NCBI GenBank assembly: GCA_051313645.2
Contig: JBNRSN020000018.1
Location: forward strand, 55,304,001-55,368,000
Direction of reading: 5' to 3'
Length of the DNA: 64,000 nucleotides
From: Centroscyllium fabricii
Taxonomy: Eukaryota
This document shows positions 60,707 through 64,000 of this stretch, in pieces. The notes under the pieces are model-generated. The model saw nothing but the letters and a program-made list of their open reading frames with translations, was not told the DNA's origin and did not search any database. The translations under genes were made by a program, and so were the position numbers. Numbering within the stretch: the stretch's first letter is position 1; every line of letters starts with the position of its first letter.

Positions 60707-63025
60707 TTAATGGGGATGGCTGATTTTAATATGATAAGGCAGGATCTGGCCAAAGTGGACTGGGATCAGCTACATGTAGGAAAATCCACATCAGAGCAGT
60801 GGGAGTCTTTCAGAAAGGAAATTGAGAGAGTAAAATGGAAACATGTTCCCATAAAGGTCAAGGGTGGGACCAACAAGCCCAGGGAACCTTGGATGTCAAG
60901 GGATATACGAGAATTGATAAGGAAAAAAGGGGGGCTTTTGGCAGATACAAAGGACTAAAGACAGAGGAAGCCCTAGGAGTATAAAAAGTGCAGGGGGATA
61001 CTTAAAAAAGAAATTAGGAGAATGATGAGGGGCCATGAAATAACACTGGCGAGCATAATAAAGGAAAATCCTAAGGTGTTTTATAATATTAAGGGCAAGA
61101 GGATAACTAGGGAAAGAGTAGGGCCCATTAAGGACCAAAGTGACAATTTGTGTGTAGAGCCAGAAGATGTAGGTGGGGTTTTAAATGAATTTTTTGCATC
61201 TGTGCTCACTATGGAGGATGAAATCAGGCAGGGGGACTGTGATATACTTGAACATATTAGCATCGAGAGGGAGGAGGTACTAGCGGTTTTAGCAGGCTTA
61301 AAAGTGGATAAATCCCCAGGCCTGGACAAGATGTATCCCAGGCTGCTGTGTGAGGCAAAGGAGATTGCAGGGGCTCTGACACAAATTTTCAGAACCTCTC
61401 TGGCCACAGGGGATGTGCCAGAGGACTGGAGAACAGCTAACGTAGTACCATTATTCAAGAAGGGTAGTAGGGATAAACCAGGGAATTACAGGCCAGTGAG
61501 CCTAACATCAGTGGTAGGGAAAACACTGGAAAAAATTCTGAGGAACAGAATTAGTCTCCACTTGGAGAGGCAAGGATTAATCAAGGATAGTCAGCTTGGC
61601 TTTGTCAAGGGAAGATCATGTCTGACCAATTTGATTGAACTTTTTGAGGGGGTGACTAGGTGTGTGGATGAGGGTAGTGCAGTGGATGTGGTATACATGG
61701 ATTTCAGTAAGGCTTTTGATAAAGTCCTGCATAGGAGACTGGTCAAGGAGGTAAGAGCCCATGGGATCCAGGGCACATTGGATCCAAAACTGGCTTAGTG
61801 GCAGAAGGCAGAGGGTGATGGTCGAAGGTTGTTTTTGTGACTGGAAGCCTATGTCCAGTGGGGTACCACAGGGATAGGTGCTGGGTCCCCTGCTGTTTGT
61901 AGTGTACATTAATGATTTGGATATGAATGTAAAAGGTATGATCAGGAAGTTCGCAGATGACACGAAAATTGGTGGGGTGGTAAATAGTGAGGAGGGAAGC
62001 CTCAGTCTGCAGGACGATATAGATGGGTTGGTCAGATGGGTGGAACAGTGGCAAATGGAATTTAACCCTGAAAAGTGTGAGGTGGTATATTTTGGAAGGA
62101 CGAACAAGGCAAGGAAATACACAATGAATGGTAAGACCCTAAGAAAGACAGAGGATCAGAGGGACCTTGGTGTGCATGTACATAGATCCCTGAAGGCAGC
62201 AGGACCGGTCGATAAGGTGGTTAAAAAGGCATATGGGATACTTGCCTTCATTAGCCGAATTGTAAGAAGTCACACAACACCAGGTTATAGTCCCAACAGT
62301 TTTATGTGAAATCACAAGCTTTGTGATTTCAAATAAAACTGTTGGACTGTAACCTGGTGTTGTGTGACTTCTTACAATTGTCCACCCCAGTCCAACACCT
62401 CCACATCATGGCTTCATTAGACGAGGCACAGAATATAAGAGCAGGGAGGTTATGATGGAGCTGTACAAAACGCTAGTAAGGCCACAGCTGGAATACTGTG
62501 TGCAGTTCTGGTCGCCACCCTATATGAAGGATGTGATTGCTTTGAAGAGGGTGCAAAGGAGATTCACCAGGATGTTACCTGGGCTGGAGTGCTTCAGCTA
62601 TGAAGAGAGACTGGACAGACTGGGGTTGTTTTCCTTGGAGCAGAGAAGGTTGGGGGGGACCTGATTTGAGGTGTACAAAATTGAGGGGCATAGATAGGGT
62701 AGATAGAAAGGAACTTTTTCCCTTGGTAGAGGGGTCACTAACAAGGGGGCATAGTTTCAAGGTAAGGGGTAGGGGGTTTACAGGGGATTTGAGGAAGAAC
62801 CTTTTCACCCAGAGGGTGGTTGGAATCTGGAACTCGCTGCCTGAAAGGGTGGTGGAGGCAGGAACCCTCAAAACATTCAAGAAGCATTTAGATGAGTACT
62901 TGAAATGCCACAGCATGCAAGGCTATGGACCAAATGCAGGAAAATGGGATTAGAATAGACAGGGCTTGATGGCTGGCGAGGACGCGATGGGCCGAAGGGC
63001 CTCTTTCTGTGCTATATGACTCTAA
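60707..63025 (+). mobile_element. CR1 LINE RT region, degenerate, related to 28558-30402
   Basis: ORFs 61022..61798, 61878..62309 and 62452..62953 are consecutive RT pieces. Confidence 0.92.
62259..62411. mobile_element. Penelope-type inverted terminal fragment inserted in CR1
   Basis: 122-bp palindrome plus short tail; 13-bp TSD CTTCATTAG(C/A)CGA at 62246-62258 and 62412-62424. Confidence 0.75.
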
Positions 63026-63350
63026 TGGTTCCTTTTTTAATGGAGAATAATTGTAAACTTTTAAAGACATATTAGAGCTTAATACTTTTTACAGAGTTGC
63101 ATGAAGTATATTTGATTTATCTATAAAATACAGCTAAATTAATATCAGTGGCACAGTTGGTACCAGTCTTGGATAGAGTCAAAAGATGTGGGTTCACACC
63201 CCACTAAGGACTTCAGTACATAATTTGGCTGACAATTCATGGTGAAGTGCTGCACTGTTGGTGCATTGTTTCAAATGATTTGTTAAATTAAAGCCAATTC
63301 TCCGGATCGGCCAGCATTTATTGCTCATCCCTTCTTGAACTGCTGTCCTT

Positions 63351-63445
63351 AAAATAGAAAATGCTGGAAATACTCAACAAGCCAAACGGCATCTGTGGAG
63401 AGAACAGACAAGCTAAAGTTCCAGGGGTCGACCCATCATCAGGAA
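63351..63445 (-). mobile_element. Penelope-type terminal fragment with degenerate hammerhead core
   Basis: Minus strand reads CUGAUGA-U-GGG-UCGA-CCC-CU-GGAAC. Confidence 0.55.
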
Positions 63446-64000
63446 GACCATTTCATAGGATGAATCCGCTCACATTTATGGCAGCAGCTCCAGCAAAGGA
63501 CAAGTACTTTTTAATTCTGACTCACGTGTTTGTGGAGTGACCTTGTGTGCTTTCGGTGAGACAAACATTAATTTTTGAAGATTACAATGAAGTGGAATAC
63601 TGTGGTAGAAAATCTCACTTCTTGAAGCTTTTAAAGTGCAATGATAAATAAAATGTTGAAGAATTCTATGACTGCATTATTTTCACATTCTCCAGATTAA
63701 TTTCTTTGTGACTCCCTTAGGCCTCCTCCACAAATAAAGGTGCACATCTAAAGGACAAATACATTTTTCTCTTCCCCCCCCCCCCCCCCCCCACCATCTA
63801 TAAATTTGATCAGCAGAGAGAACTGACATTTAAAATAATCAAGGTAACTCTGTCAACTCCAGTTCTTCCAGTAAGTTGAAAGTTAAGAACCTTTTCTTCT
63901 TGAAAGCAGCAGTGATGAGTCAGAATTTCCTCTGTTTCAAATAACATGTTTTTAAAAATATGTAGGATTCTTTCCAAGATACGTACTCTTAACACTACCA

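Overview
Eukaryotic, intron-rich vertebrate DNA. The repeat content (HE1-type V-SINEs, Deu-domain SINEs, abundant CR1, Penelope-type ends) points to a shark or other cartilaginous fish. The window holds the 3' part of one + strand gene, PTPN12 (PTP-PEST). Ten coding exons run from the catalytic P-loop exon (3395) to the stop codon (55708), all with GT-AG boundaries and consistent phases, followed by a ~1.4 kb 3'UTR. The rest is intronic or downstream DNA filled with CR1, L2 and Rex1/Babar LINEs, SINEs, Tigger/pogo-like and Harbinger-like DNA elements, a solo LTR and Penelope-type fragments. No prokaryotic systems (CRISPR, operons) are present. Main observations: (1) small TIR elements each carrying a dense cassette of housekeeping transcription-factor motifs (NRF1/YY1, RFX); (2) a 145-bp Rex1-tailed bipartite mini-retroposon; (3) a hidden Myb/SANT Harbinger relic in a five-element nest; (4) a 122-bp Penelope-type hairpin; (5) inverted young repeats bracketing exon blocks, one of which would form a stop-free circle; (6) a PTPN22-like RSKSLK motif in shark PTPN12. 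Family names and comparisons with human proteins are from recall, not database searches.
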